Assembly (NCBI GenBank): GCA_903813345.2 | Contig: CAIIXF020000001.1 | Span: 21,824,001-21,888,000, forward strand | Direction: 5' to 3' | Origin: Owenia fusiformis | Taxonomy: Eukaryota | Length of the DNA stretch: 64,000 bases | Shown here: piece after piece, positions 28,731 to 39,913 of the stretch | Position numbering within the stretch: the first letter of the stretch is position 1 | Layout: each line of letters opens with the position of its first letter | Made by a program: the position numbers and the translations under genes | Notes under the pieces: model-generated | Seen by the model: the letters and a program-made list of their open reading frames with translations, nothing else | What the model was told of the DNA's origin: nothing | Database searches by the model: none

Positions 28731-29101
28731 CAAGGAGGATTGGCTCCCAGGATCGAAACTTAATATTTTCCAACAATGAATACGTCGAAATGTCATTATT
28801 TTCTTAAATTATAACTGACTATAAAATCAAAATCAAAAGTCCCAAAAGATTCGAAACACTATCTCGATCATTTCTTAAATTATAACTGACTATAAAATCA
28901 AAAGTCCCAAAAGATTCGAAGCACTATCTCAATCATTTCTTGTAAGTTTTGGAATCTTTCATTGGGAAGTAAGACCAAAATTCATGATTCAAATGTTGAA
29001 GTGAACAAAATGGCGACTGTTTGAACTCGAACTTTGTATCATGACATGCCCATATATGGGAGAGAATATCAATGTTGCACTCTGGAAGCCAATCCTCCTT
29101 G
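28731..29101. mobile_element. MITE with a 9-bp TSD (Mutator-like), containing an internal duplication of about 70 bp
   Basis: TGTTTCTTC|CAAGGAGGATTGGCT..AGCCAATCCTCCTTG|TGTTTCTTC. Confidence 0.85.
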
Positions 29102-29197
29102 TGTTTCTTCTATTAGTAGAATACACATCTTGGATCATGAATCGTGATCAAAGAATACTGAAACTAAATAAAAACACAGCAATTTGATGCCTTTATA

Positions 29198-30855
29198 TTA
29201 CCAAGGTCTCCAAATGCACCCTGAGTTGCTATCTGGTCCATGTTGAACAGTTTGTTGAGATCTTTGACATGTTCCCCTAGATGGTGTACTAGTGGCATGT
29301 TGAGATGACCCCTGTGTAACTAAGAAATAACTTGGTGATCTTGGACTCAATTGTATTAAAGTCACAGGGAACAGATATTGTCCATTACCTTCGAATAATT
29401 TCAGAATGTCTGTCGATATTTCTGATGATGGCTGTTCAAAATGTTGACATTTATTTGTACATGTCTGATCATTGGATTGATCTGACAGAATAGTTTTAGG
29501 GTTTGGATTGTCTTTTCGCTCAACACAGCGTAAATAATCAACTGCCATTTCTAGAATGTCTGCCTTCTCTATTTTCTGGGATTTGGTAGACTGAAAAAAT
29601 AAAACATTCCCATTGAATAATAAAGGAAGTTTAGCCTATGTTAGAAATATACGTTTTTTGGCTGGTTGGTTCTATTATGCCATTCTGCAAAGAATAATAC
29701 AAAATGTCCCATTTTTATTACCCACTCTGTATATACAATACAATTAAAAAAAAGTGAATTCATTTGATTGGGGAAATTCAAAAAATATAAATCCATGGAA
29801 CAAAGGAACCTAGTCACAGATGTTCATACAGATGTTAGAATTACATTAAGCAAATTTCCAATGGCATCTTCAGAATAGTTATTGATCTGGTTGTTCTTAT
29901 TATTCAATATAATATACAATATCAGTACATTCAACTCATGTAACATTCATTACCCCGAGCACAGAGTTAAGTAAAATAATGTAGATGAAGCTATCCTTTA
30001 AGAAGTTAAGTCAAACGAATGTAAAGGATCAACATTAAACTATATCTTACATACCTTTATATTACCAGCCTGGACAAGGATAGATTTAATTTCCTCCAAG
30101 TAATTATTGATTCTCTCTCGCCTTCTTTTCTCCATCAAAGGTTTCTAAAATATTTAAAAATGTTATTCCCTCATGCTATAATATTGAGTGTACAGTGACT
30201 CATCAAAAAGTGTAACACATTGTCACACAATGTAACACCTTAGTAAGCTATTATTAATAGAGTAAAACCTGTCTTAGTGAACAACTTTCTCACAACTTCC
30301 TCCTCATACACTCTATTGAATTCTGTGAACACCTCCAAACACTGAACATTTTTCTTGGCAAAAATGTTCGATACACAGGTTTTACTATGTTACAAAAGTG
30401 CAACAATTTGTCAAAGGCTTTGAGCACCAACTGTTGAACATGAGTCATAAAAAATTGGTTGCTAAAACAATATGTCACAACTTTGAAAAGTAGTATCGTT
30501 AAAAATGTATATTTACCTCTCCCAGAATTTATTTGGTGTTTTCAAATAAATGTTAGATTTAATTTAATTTAATTTTTTTAATTTTGGGTAGATTAGCAAC
30601 ATACCATTAATGTCTACATAATTAAATACTTACATTAGTAATATGCATGTAATACTATTTACTTTACTTACATTTTTACACACTTACTTACATATGTAAT
30701 ATGCATGTAATACTATTTACAAATACTTACATTTTTACACACTTACTTACATTAGTAATATGCATGTACTACTATTTACAAATACTTACATTTTTTCTCT
30801 TTTGAGAACAAGTTTTGAATTTAAGAGGTGGTTTGGTCGAAACTATTTGATCCAT
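29198..30855 (-). CDS. Hairy/Enhancer-of-split (HES) family bHLH repressor with C-terminal WRPW, 3 exons, 182 aa
   Basis: Exons 30790-30855 (MDQIVS..QKRKN), 30055-30144 (KPLMEKRRRERINNYLEEIKSIL) and 29198-29590 (KIEKADILEMAVDYLR..IWRPW*); both introns are phase-0 GT-AG. Confidence 0.93.
30260..30387. mobile_element. pogo/Tigger-like MITE remnant in HES intron 1
   Basis: AGTAAAACCTGT / ACAGGTTTTACT ends; same family as 38812-38989. Confidence 0.55.
30625..30795. repeat. About 60-bp tandem repeat x3 overlapping the HES exon-1 splice donor
   Basis: Unit AAATACTTACATTTTTACACACTTACTTACATTAGTAATATGCATGTAATACTATTTAC. Confidence 0.85.
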
Positions 30856-31484
30856 TTCTGGGACTATCTTTGTCCTATTTCACAAAACACAGACAATATC
30901 AACTTCGACCTTATATAGAATATATTCATTCTTGAAGGAAATTGATTGGTCAAGACTTATCCAAAATAGCCTACAATGCTATGTATGGAATACAATGAGC
31001 CACACGATGACTGTTGATAAGGGGGAACAAGAAAAGCGAATTGGAAGTTTTGTGCTATTGGTTCATAAGCCTCAGATTATTTGGATATAAGTTCTTCCGC
31101 ATACACCCATAGAATAAACTTAAGACTCCATCTTATTATAATATTGAAGCTGCTGCAACAAGGGAACATCTCACTTACATATTTTTTTTTGGGGGGGGAT
31201 GATGTGGTGTGAATGCTGCAATGAAGCACATATTGACTAGCACCACCAAAGAGATGATTTGAAGATGACGCGTTATAATGATCCTGTATGTTTTTCATTC
31301 AAATATTAGTTAATGCCTCATTCTATCAAGAACTCAAGTAGCAATGTTACTGGTATTTCTGGTTCACAGTGCATGAAGCATTCTAGTGCATTTTAGGTTA
31401 AATAAATTTTAGGTTAAATGAATGTTCCTTAGCTACTTGGTCAATTTTGATTTTTCATCATTATGTGTAAGACAACCAAAACCA

Positions 31485-31640
31485 TACAAGGCATTTACGT
31501 GCAAAATGTCACAACCTGCCATATCATACAGATGCCGACCGCTACAGATACAAAACACTGTTACAGACACCAAACACCAACCACCCAACACCGTCTCAAA
31601 AGTTGGAGACTATAACAATATATCACCACTTCTGGTGTTG
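31485..31640 (-). repeat. Short interspersed repeat (family of 13691-13835), reverse orientation
   Basis: ACGTGCAAAATGTCAC..AACAATATATCACCACTT is the reverse complement of the family motifs. Confidence 0.7.
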
Positions 31641-32963
31641 CCATAAAATGGCACAACTATTTACTATATATACGTGTAGTATAACATCTTACAAGTTTAC
31701 TTCATAAAATATAAATAAATATGTTTCTACTGGTAAACCCCATTCAAATGACACTTGTAATGTTGAGGATCACTCAATCCTACTTCATATTATGAATACC
31801 CCCAATACTGTCAATTTCCTAATTTGATTCTTGTATTTTTCTCACTTGTCTGAAGTTGAGTGGCCCTCCAAAACTTTTGAAACCTGTCAACAAGACTTAA
31901 TCCCATCAAAGCTCATTAAAATAGCAATGTTTTCCATAAATATTTAAATGGTTTAACCTTTATCCAGTTTCATTTTGAGTAAAATAACACACACTTCAAG
32001 GTACTCTATGTATGTCGTTAAGTACTTCTGTGTAATCCACATGCAACCTGAAGAGCATAAAAGCCTGTTATTTGATATATTGAAAATACAGGTTCTTCAG
32101 AGATCATGAGGCATCCTAAACATTTTCATAACTCCCTTTTCAAAAACTTCAAAATTGTGATATAGTTTTCAAGATTTGATAGGTCGCTAGTTGCATATGA
32201 ATATTAATTAATAAAAGATTGGCAAAAGTTAATATTCAACTGTAACAACATTTTGTTTTACAATGTTGATATAATTTTTCGAATAGTTTTTCAAAAATTT
32301 TCTAAGAGTTGCCTCGTCAGCTGTCTACCCTTGACGCCTCTTGACAGACTTAACGAAATGGGATTTAGCAAACGTTTGGCCCTCAAGTGGCTTTCCAGAG
32401 ATACTTTGTACACTTTCCTCTCCATATTACTTATTTTGTTATGGAACAAGAGCTTTCAAGTAATAAGATACCTGAGAGACAGACCTTTATTTGGTATGGT
32501 ATGCTATGCCGTGTTCATTTACTGAAGTTGAAAAATTTCTTTCTCTTTCTACACCTTTAACTATGAATGAGCATCATTTTTCTTCCATACAGATATATTA
32601 CATATGAATAGCTTTCAAATTCAATTCATAAATAACACAGATCAACATTAGCAGAATCAAAAAATACATAAAACAAGTTTAAATTAGACTATTAATTTAT
32701 CAATTAAAAAATCAAGTACAAAGTATCAAATTGTTTCTTATTCTGAAAACTGAAATGTTAATAGAATTTTCAGAATTTTGTATGTATTCCTTTTCCCGTA
32801 TGTAAGCACAAAAGATTATGAGAATTCAAAAGTGGAGTTGAACAAGAAAATATGCATGATGCAAAATTGAAGGAATTGTCATAATAAGGATGAGGGGATT
32901 GGGTCTCTTACATCCTTAAAGGCTGACAAGCAGTTTTTGTCCAAGTGAAATAAGCACTGTATA

Positions 32964-33525
32964 CACTGTAAATAGTGTTTTAATTGTTTCAATTGTTTCA
33001 ATCATTTCAATCAATTCAATGGTTTCAATGCTTGCATCATTTCCTACGTTTCAATGCTTACGTCATTTTGAGCATTTCAATCGTTTCGCTTTTGAAATTA
33101 ATTTAAAGTTTCGCTGTTTGCGCCTGTTTCGCCATTTCAAGCATTTCAATCATACGACCAATTCATGAAGAAAGGGGCCAAACGATTGAAAAGAAAAACG
33201 AACATGCACGTTTTTCATTTCAAGCATTTCGCCGGGGCTTTTCAACTGTTTCAATCATTTCAATCAATACGTCTCGAAAAATAAAATTACTGTTTCGCTG
33301 CTTTCGCCTGTTTCGCCGTTTCAAGCATTTTAATCAATTCGCCTAAGCTCTTTCACATTCTCTTTCATTTCAACCATTTCAAGCATTTCGGCCTTTTTTT
33401 ATTTTCTTACCTTATCTTACTTCATATAATTTGCGCATCAGATATCAAAAGCTCACCTTTCATATCAAAAGGGGAAAAATGTTAACACATTTCAACCCCC
33501 GTTTCAACCATTTCGCCTGCCAGTG
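32964..33525. mobile_element. CACTG-ended (EnSpm/CACTA-like) non-autonomous element with TTTCAA/TTTCGCC subterminal repeats
   Basis: TA|CACTG..CAGTG|TA with many short subterminal repeats; an inverted partial copy of 33395-33490 lies at 34627-34720. Confidence 0.55.
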
Positions 33526-33527
33526 TA

Positions 33528-34172
33528 CAGGCGCGTATCGTCATGTACGCAAAATACGCCCAGGCGTACTGTTTGAATTTGAAAAAACGTTTTAAAAAAA
33601 ACATGAAATTCAGTATTTTACTGTTATTTTCTTTGATGATGTGTAAACCTTTGTTGTACAAGTGTATTAACAATAAGTTCTTGATTCCCTCATTGTCATT
33701 CACTGTTTTCGTGATTCAAAGATTCAATTTTTTTCGTGATTCAAAGAGTTGCGTCATTCTTGTACGCTTCTTCAAGGCCGTATGGGGTATGATGGCGAAT
33801 CCCGGCAGAGTACACGCTCAAAATCAGCAAATTCAGTACGTATAAACCTGAGTATCACTTGACATTATTAAATGTAAGTAATTTAATCATTTAAACCGTA
33901 CGATAAGTGGATTTAGCTTTAACTACATTGATTAAGCCAATAAAAGCCCTTATGTGTAGAGCATTTCCAAATTCGCACGACCTTGTGCAGACGACTTTCT
34001 CTATTTTCGTCTGGTGTAGTGTTGACTCTTGGTGCTGCCATCTTTATATCGACCCAGAACCTATGGTAGGTCTGCACGAACGAAATCATACGCCAAAATC
34101 GCATTCATCTTCACACATTATTCATCCACATACGGGGGCGTACCCTTGCAAAATGACCACGATACGCGCCTG
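33528..34172. mobile_element. Non-autonomous TIR element with CAGG termini
   Basis: CAGGCGCGTATCGT / ACGATACGCGCCTG; CpG-richer than the flanks. Confidence 0.7.
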
Positions 34173-34901
34173 TGTATACACCCCTCTAGAAGAAATACTA
34201 GAATGTATATAACTTGTTCATGTATTCTGTTTTATTTTCCTTAGATGCCACATAGACCTTATTTCTGAATAGGCTCTGAAATGAGTTTAGAGGCAAAACT
34301 TTATTAATGCCAAGATCACATAATATATTTCCCATACCCTAGTGTTTTCTTGTAAAGTACAACAATACTATACAAAGGAAATACAATATACTACAGCCAT
34401 TAGGAACACCATATATCATGTATTCATACTGATGACAGACAACGTACGAGTAAACTTTATAGACTAAAATAATTCAGTTATTTTCTTTCTTAACCGTTGA
34501 CCAGAATCCAACTCACACGATACATATACCTTTTAAGCTTTTTAAAGCGTGCAAAAGTCATTTTTATTGGTACAACATGAAAAGATACTAATAATGACTT
34601 GTTGTTTACAGTTTATTTATTCTACCATGTGTTAACATTTTTCCCCTTTTGATATGAAAGGTGAGCTTTTGATATCTGATGCGCAAATCATATGAAATAA
34701 GATAAAGAAAATAAAAAGGGAAAGGATTAACCATATGTATGGTAATGTCATATTATTTCTCTAAATGTGATTTTTTTAAATAACTTTTGTACTGAAAACA
34801 TTTTCGCAATAAATAAAATGCTTTTAATATTGGTAACATAATTTTTTATCATTTCTAAGTCAATTGGCACTGTACTCTGAAAATTTATAAGTATTACATA
34901 A

Positions 34902-35270
34902 TTATAACATGCCTATGTGCAAAGTGTACACAAGACAGCGGGCCAATATAAGTTTTGAAAAGCCCGCGCCCGCTAACTTTCTGATTGGTCAAGGCGCTGA
35001 CGTCATAACCAATCAATCGAAGATAAAACTGCGCGAGCAATTTTTCTAAACTCATTTCAATCATTTTCAAATCATTTGTTTGTCAATTCTATAAGAAAAC
35101 GGTACTCTCTGACCAGTCTACATCATCATAGGTATGTTATAAATCGTTTATGTCACTATCGTGGCACATATGCCCTCGGTTCTCAGAGATCAATGTCCCT
35201 CCCAAGGTCGGGCCATATATCACTGAGATCTCGGGCATATATGCCACGATAGTGACATAACCTCTAAATA
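34902..35270 (-). mobile_element. Terminal-hairpin element upstream of the 949-aa gene
   Basis: Hairpin TTATGTCACTATCGTGGCA..TGCCACGATAGTGACATAA (35148-35260); inner IR TTATAACATGCCTATG (34902) / CATAGGTATGTTATAA (35127). Confidence 0.65.
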
Positions 35271-35548
35271 TAATTCATTTTTGTATAATTATGAAATTGA
35301 GTCATACCAGCACTTTTTAATAAATTAAACTTTGAGGACAAATTTTCTTTGAAAAGGTTACATTGGGACAAAGAGTTAGCAGATGGGCAAATTTTTAACA
35401 GGAAATTATTCATGCAGCTAAACAAAAATATAGAACAACTACTTACATTTATGAAATATTATTATTGTATGATATATCAACAGATTCACACAATAAAAAT
35501 ATGCAGTTAGTTATTTTTCTTTTTAGATCAATGTGATAAGGATAAAAT

Positions 35549-38398
35549 ATGACGCAAATCAAGAATATGAAGAAAATCACTTTGATGTTGGGTCTACTCT
35601 TAAATGTGACTTTGACAGTTTCACACCAACAAAATTGGAGGAACTTTTATCCAAATGCATTAAAAGTATCTACTGAATATAAAATTGATGAACAAATCAT
35701 AGACAAGTATATTGTAGCCGAACAGAATGCAAAAACAAAGATCAGACATTTGAGAGAAGCTCCTGAAACTGAACGTGATCATGCAGAAAAACAAGAGAAA
35801 AATGGCCTGATTGTTTATGCAGCATCACCAGATTGTTTCGCAACCATTCCTCAAAATGTCGCAAAGACAATACGAAGCCAATTTGCGAAAAATCTGCAAT
35901 GTAAAATATCTGATCATGTGGTTGACAACTCTAAACTTGGAGCTCTATACAAAATGAAAATTAATGTTGAGACACTTGGAGATGACGATACATCTCAGAT
36001 GCACTCAATAACACTGGATGCCATCAACCGTAAGAAGCAGCATGAATATGGCTTTGTACCGTACCAACTAGAGTTCCTGTCATCTGCCCAGCTGTACCCC
36101 TATAAGAACACTGTACAGAAGAACAATGTTTGCAGAGGAATTAACATCAAACTCAATGTCAGTAATTGTTATGTCTCTGACCTTGGACCAAGTGGTTTCT
36201 TTGATAAAACACTTAAAGTTGTTATTCTTGATGTGCTCAGTGAGTTATTCCTAAAGGATTATCAAATATGTGACCTTAATGGAGAAAAATCTGGAACATG
36301 GCACCCAATGTACCTCAAATGCTGTTACAGGAAAGAAGTTAGGCTACAAGCATCAGACTTCGACAACCCAGACACAGCCCAAACACCTCAGTATACAATC
36401 GGCTGTGAGGATCCCAATTTATGGCAAAAGATCCTATTGATATTCATACAGATCTCAAGCCTAGTGGCCTTCATCTTAAGCCCACTGACAGTCTACTGGT
36501 TGCAGCTATATATTCCTGATGATCAAAATCACACATCATGCTGGACTAGAATTAAATCATGTTGTAGATGCATGTTGAAAAGATCTAAATGTCAGAAAAG
36601 GAATAAAGACAACACTGAGGCTGATAATACAAATGATGATGACGTAGCTATGGAGAGTGATGATGTCAACAATGGAGATAACTGCACTAAAACTGGACTA
36701 TTGCTGTGTGTCCAATGCAAAAGGGAAGAGAATGCTATTGTTGCAAATGATGACAAACAAGAGAGAATGAGCAATCAAGCAAGACATAGAGATTCAAGTG
36801 AGGGAGACAGTGGTGTAACTGATGTACTAGTGAAAACGCCTGCAAATAAAACTGATGTTAACATTGAACTAGACAATATTGATAAAGATGTGCCAGTGAA
36901 CAGTGACGAAGACAGCTCTCAATCAGATGATAGCATAGATGGCCGAAAGAAAAAGGAAAATGTCTATTTTGATGGAAAGGCAGAAATGTCTTTCAGGTTC
37001 TCATATGTTCTTCATTATCTGTTTCTATGGTTCTTTGGTGGCTATTTGGTGACACTACTCCGAAGGTTTCTATTCATCTATCTGTTCTGCACTCTTCTCT
37101 TGTGTCAGGTGTATGTCCTGATGTCCTTCAATGGACTGGTCCTAGAAATGAATCCACTGATGATGTATCAGTCCATGGCCTTGAAATCCTTCATTAAATC
37201 TATTCTTGAGTTGACTGTTGAAACTAACACTGTTCACCAAAATAGCACTATGGAAGAAAATTTGGCATATGTCACTGAAAAAGCAAATTGGAGTTTGATA
37301 ATTGGTTTCCTAGTGTCTCCATTAATTGTAACAATTGCTATATATGTATTTCTGTTTAACCCATTGACGAGTCGCCACTCGATTAGTAAGATCCTGTCAT
37401 GGAAAGAGGACTATAGATTCTATGGGCAGCCTCTGCCAGATGATTTGCAAACAGAAATTGATCAAGGTGAGCCACCATTAAAGGTTGCCTACAAAAACAT
37501 GAAACATAGAATGTATCTTATATGTTCTGGTTCATTTTGGAGATTTTTTTGGAGATCTTTTATAAAGGGTGATGAAAGCCCAACATCTAAAGTTAAGAAA
37601 GTCTTGAACAAAATCAAAGTCATTCTTAAAGCAATCCTTTTTGCTGTTCCTTTGATTTGGTATTCATTCCCAATATTTTCCATTACAAATGGTATTCAGA
37701 AATACCTCAAAATGTACTACAGAACACATACTCGACCAAAGGCCATCACAATAATGACCTTAAACATAATTGGCGCAATCATTGTGTATTGTATCATTGC
37801 TGATTTTCTCTTCCTTCACATCCATGCCTTTACATTCCTGGCTTTGGATATACTATTTGGAGATTCCGTATCATTTCTAATTTTCATCGGTGCTCTTGTG
37901 TACTACCTTAAAAGAATATTTGATGATGTTGAAGATGAATATATTCACCTTAAGGGACTACTTTTTGAGGAAGGAATCACTCTTGATGAGGAAATGCTGG
38001 TGCAAGGGAAAATACTCCTATGCACAGATGAGCCATCTCGTCCCCTTATAGAGAGGACTGATGATGGTGATATCATGATGCCCAGGTACATCTTCAGCGA
38101 GGTTAGTGAAATGATCTTGCCCCTCAGGAAAGCAATCTACAAGGCTCTCAGGAGATTCCTTATTACTTTCTTTCTTCTTGGCTTCCTACTCATGGCTGTT
38201 GTGCGCAAACAGAGCATGTCCATTTCTCGAACTGATTCAGAAATATTTATTGCACTTTTCGCAGTTGCAATCCCAAAGTTGATTGGCTTGGTAGATTCCC
38301 AGCATACAACTGATGTGGCAGAAAGGAAGAGGCGATATAGAATCAGAAAGATATTTAAGGCTATGACAGTGATGGAGGAACGAAAATCTCTGTCTTAA
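35549..38398 (+). CDS. Uncharacterised 949-aa multi-pass membrane protein with signal peptide (CDS in one exon)
   Basis: Uninterrupted 2850-nt ORF; hydrophobic N-terminus, Cys-containing ectodomain, TM near aa 295-320, Cys-rich then acidic loop, roughly 7-9 further hydrophobic segments; splice acceptor TTTTTCTTTTTAG ending at 35526, just upstream of the ATG. Confidence 0.85.
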   Translation: MTQIKNMKKITLMLGLLLNVTLTVSHQQNWRNFYPNALKVSTEYKIDEQIIDKYIVAEQNAKTKIRHLREAPETERDHAEKQEKNGLIVYAASPDCFATIPQNVAKTIRSQFAKNLQCKISDHVVDNSKLGALYKMKINVETLGDDDTSQMHSITLDAINRKKQHEYGFVPYQLEFLSSAQLYPYKNTVQKNNVCRGINIKLNVSNCYVSDLGPSGFFDKTLKVVILDVLSELFLKDYQICDLNGEKSGTWHPMYLKCCYRKEVRLQASDFDNPDTAQTPQYTIGCEDPNLWQKILLIFIQISSLVAFILSPLTVYWLQLYIPDDQNHTSCWTRIKSCCRCMLKRSKCQKRNKDNTEADNTNDDDVAMESDDVNNGDNCTKTGLLLCVQCKREENAIVANDDKQERMSNQARHRDSSEGDSGVTDVLVKTPANKTDVNIELDNIDKDVPVNSDEDSSQSDDSIDGRKKKENVYFDGKAEMSFRFSYVLHYLFLWFFGGYLVTLLRRFLFIYLFCTLLLCQVYVLMSFNGLVLEMNPLMMYQSMALKSFIKSILELTVETNTVHQNSTMEENLAYVTEKANWSLIIGFLVSPLIVTIAIYVFLFNPLTSRHSISKILSWKEDYRFYGQPLPDDLQTEIDQGEPPLKVAYKNMKHRMYLICSGSFWRFFWRSFIKGDESPTSKVKKVLNKIKVILKAILFAVPLIWYSFPIFSITNGIQKYLKMYYRTHTRPKAITIMTLNIIGAIIVYCIIADFLFLHIHAFTFLALDILFGDSVSFLIFIGALVYYLKRIFDDVEDEYIHLKGLLFEEGITLDEEMLVQGKILLCTDEPSRPLIERTDDGDIMMPRYIFSEVSEMILPLRKAIYKALRRFLITFFLLGFLLMAVVRKQSMSISRTDSEIFIALFAVAIPKLIGLVDSQHTTDVAERKRRYRIRKIFKAMTVMEERKSLS

Positions 38399-38811
38399 GA
38401 TTACAATATCATTGGATAATCTAAACCCAAAACATAGCTTTGATAAACTAATTCAAGGATACACATATGATAGTGACATTCTAGATATCCTAAATGAAGA
38501 ATTGTACGCAGAAATGATAAGAGGCTGGTTTAAATATCATTTTCAATTTTATATACAAAATTTAATTATTTTTTTGGTGGTGGGAAAGAAGGGTTTAGAT
38601 CAGTAAGAGATCTTTTATTGGTTTTTGATTGAACAATGATAGCTTATACTGTATTACATATTTGAAACACTTCCTGAATTATATCTGAGGTCATGTGTAA
38701 TATAAGTTATACAGGCTGAAATTATATGAATATGTTATTTTATATAAATGAATAAGGGTACAGAAAGATGTCAGATCTGGTTATACAATACAAGACACAT
38801 GAATGTCTATA

Positions 38812-38989
38812 CAGTAAAACCTGTCTTAGTGGAACACCTTTGGTACCTCTAAAAAGGGTTCCACTTGTGAGGTCTTCCTCTTAGAGATGTTCATTTAACG
38901 TTAAGTCAGTTGGTCTTGGCACTCTGAAAGAAACTCCACTTACAGAGGTGTTCTACTTCTAGAGGTGTTCCACTTCACAGGTTTCACTA
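38812..38989. mobile_element. pogo/Tigger-like MITE
   Basis: TA|CAGTAAAACCTGT..ACAGGTTTCACTA with internal GAGGTGTTCCACTT repeats. Confidence 0.65.
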
Positions 38990-39193
38990 CATATTTATAG
39001 TAGAGAATTTTTAAAATATAAAGAGGAATATCAGACATCATTTTTCATACTCTCTATTTTCCATACATTACATGTACATTATTATGTCATCAATAAACAT
39101 ATCTTAAAATACCATACTAGTAGTTGGTCATGGATTATTTACTATAAGAAGTCTATCAAATAGCTTTAAATAAACGTATATGCCTCTGCACCT

Positions 39194-39429
39194 CATCCTC
39201 CTAAGCAGGTCTCCAGAATCCGTACCTCCTTCTTCCCCCTGCTATAACCAATTTGGAAGCGCCTGATTAAACTGAATCACGTGATCTTATGCGCAATGAC
39301 TTATACATGAATTTCTGTCGCAGTGTTGTCGACAGCCAATCAGATTGCGAGCTCTTAATCGGGGAAATGCTAACTGCTTAGGGTAAAATGAATAAATTCT
39401 GGATTTTGAAGCCCTGTGATCGGAGGATG
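39194..39429. mobile_element. 236-bp MITE with CAT..ATG termini and an 8-bp TSD (P-element- or hAT-like)
   Basis: CTGCACCT|CATCCTCC..GGAGGATG|CTGCACCT. Confidence 0.8.
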
Positions 39430-39766
39430 CTGCACCTCACCTTTCCAATTCATAGAAGTAGGCTATTGTATGTAAGAATTATTTTGCCATCAGATGTATC
39501 TGCCTCTAAAATCATTAAAGATGAGCAATTTTCCAGATCATTCACATTACTGAATATTTTCTTTGATCCACTTCAAGGATTGACATACAATGTAATATCT
39601 GTACCGATGGCGTCAAAAATATCAATATCAAATATGGCACAATTCAGTCAGTTGACACAATCACTTGAATATTACATTTAGACTTGCCTAGAATGTGCGA
39701 GACTGAAACATACACATGTTCCCATTATAGAACACATACATCTTTTACTCTTTCTGCAAACTTTGT

Positions 39767-39866
39767 CTGATGTCAGAGAACTCAACGATGTCAGATAACT
39801 CCCTGATGTCAGACAACTCCCTGATGTCAGGTAACTCCTTGATGTCAGGTAACTCCCTGATGTCAG
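39767..39866. repeat. 18-bp tandem repeat x5-6 in the putative MTG1 3' UTR
   Basis: Unit CTGATGTCAG(A/G)(T/C)AACTCC. Confidence 0.85.
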
Positions 39867-39913
39867 TCTATACTGCAATTATAATTAGATAATCCTAATC
39901 CAGCCTATGTACT

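Noticed and set aside
39678-39878. 66-aa ORF with LTSGSY repeats
   Set aside because: It is the 18-bp tandem repeat downstream of the MTG1 stop.
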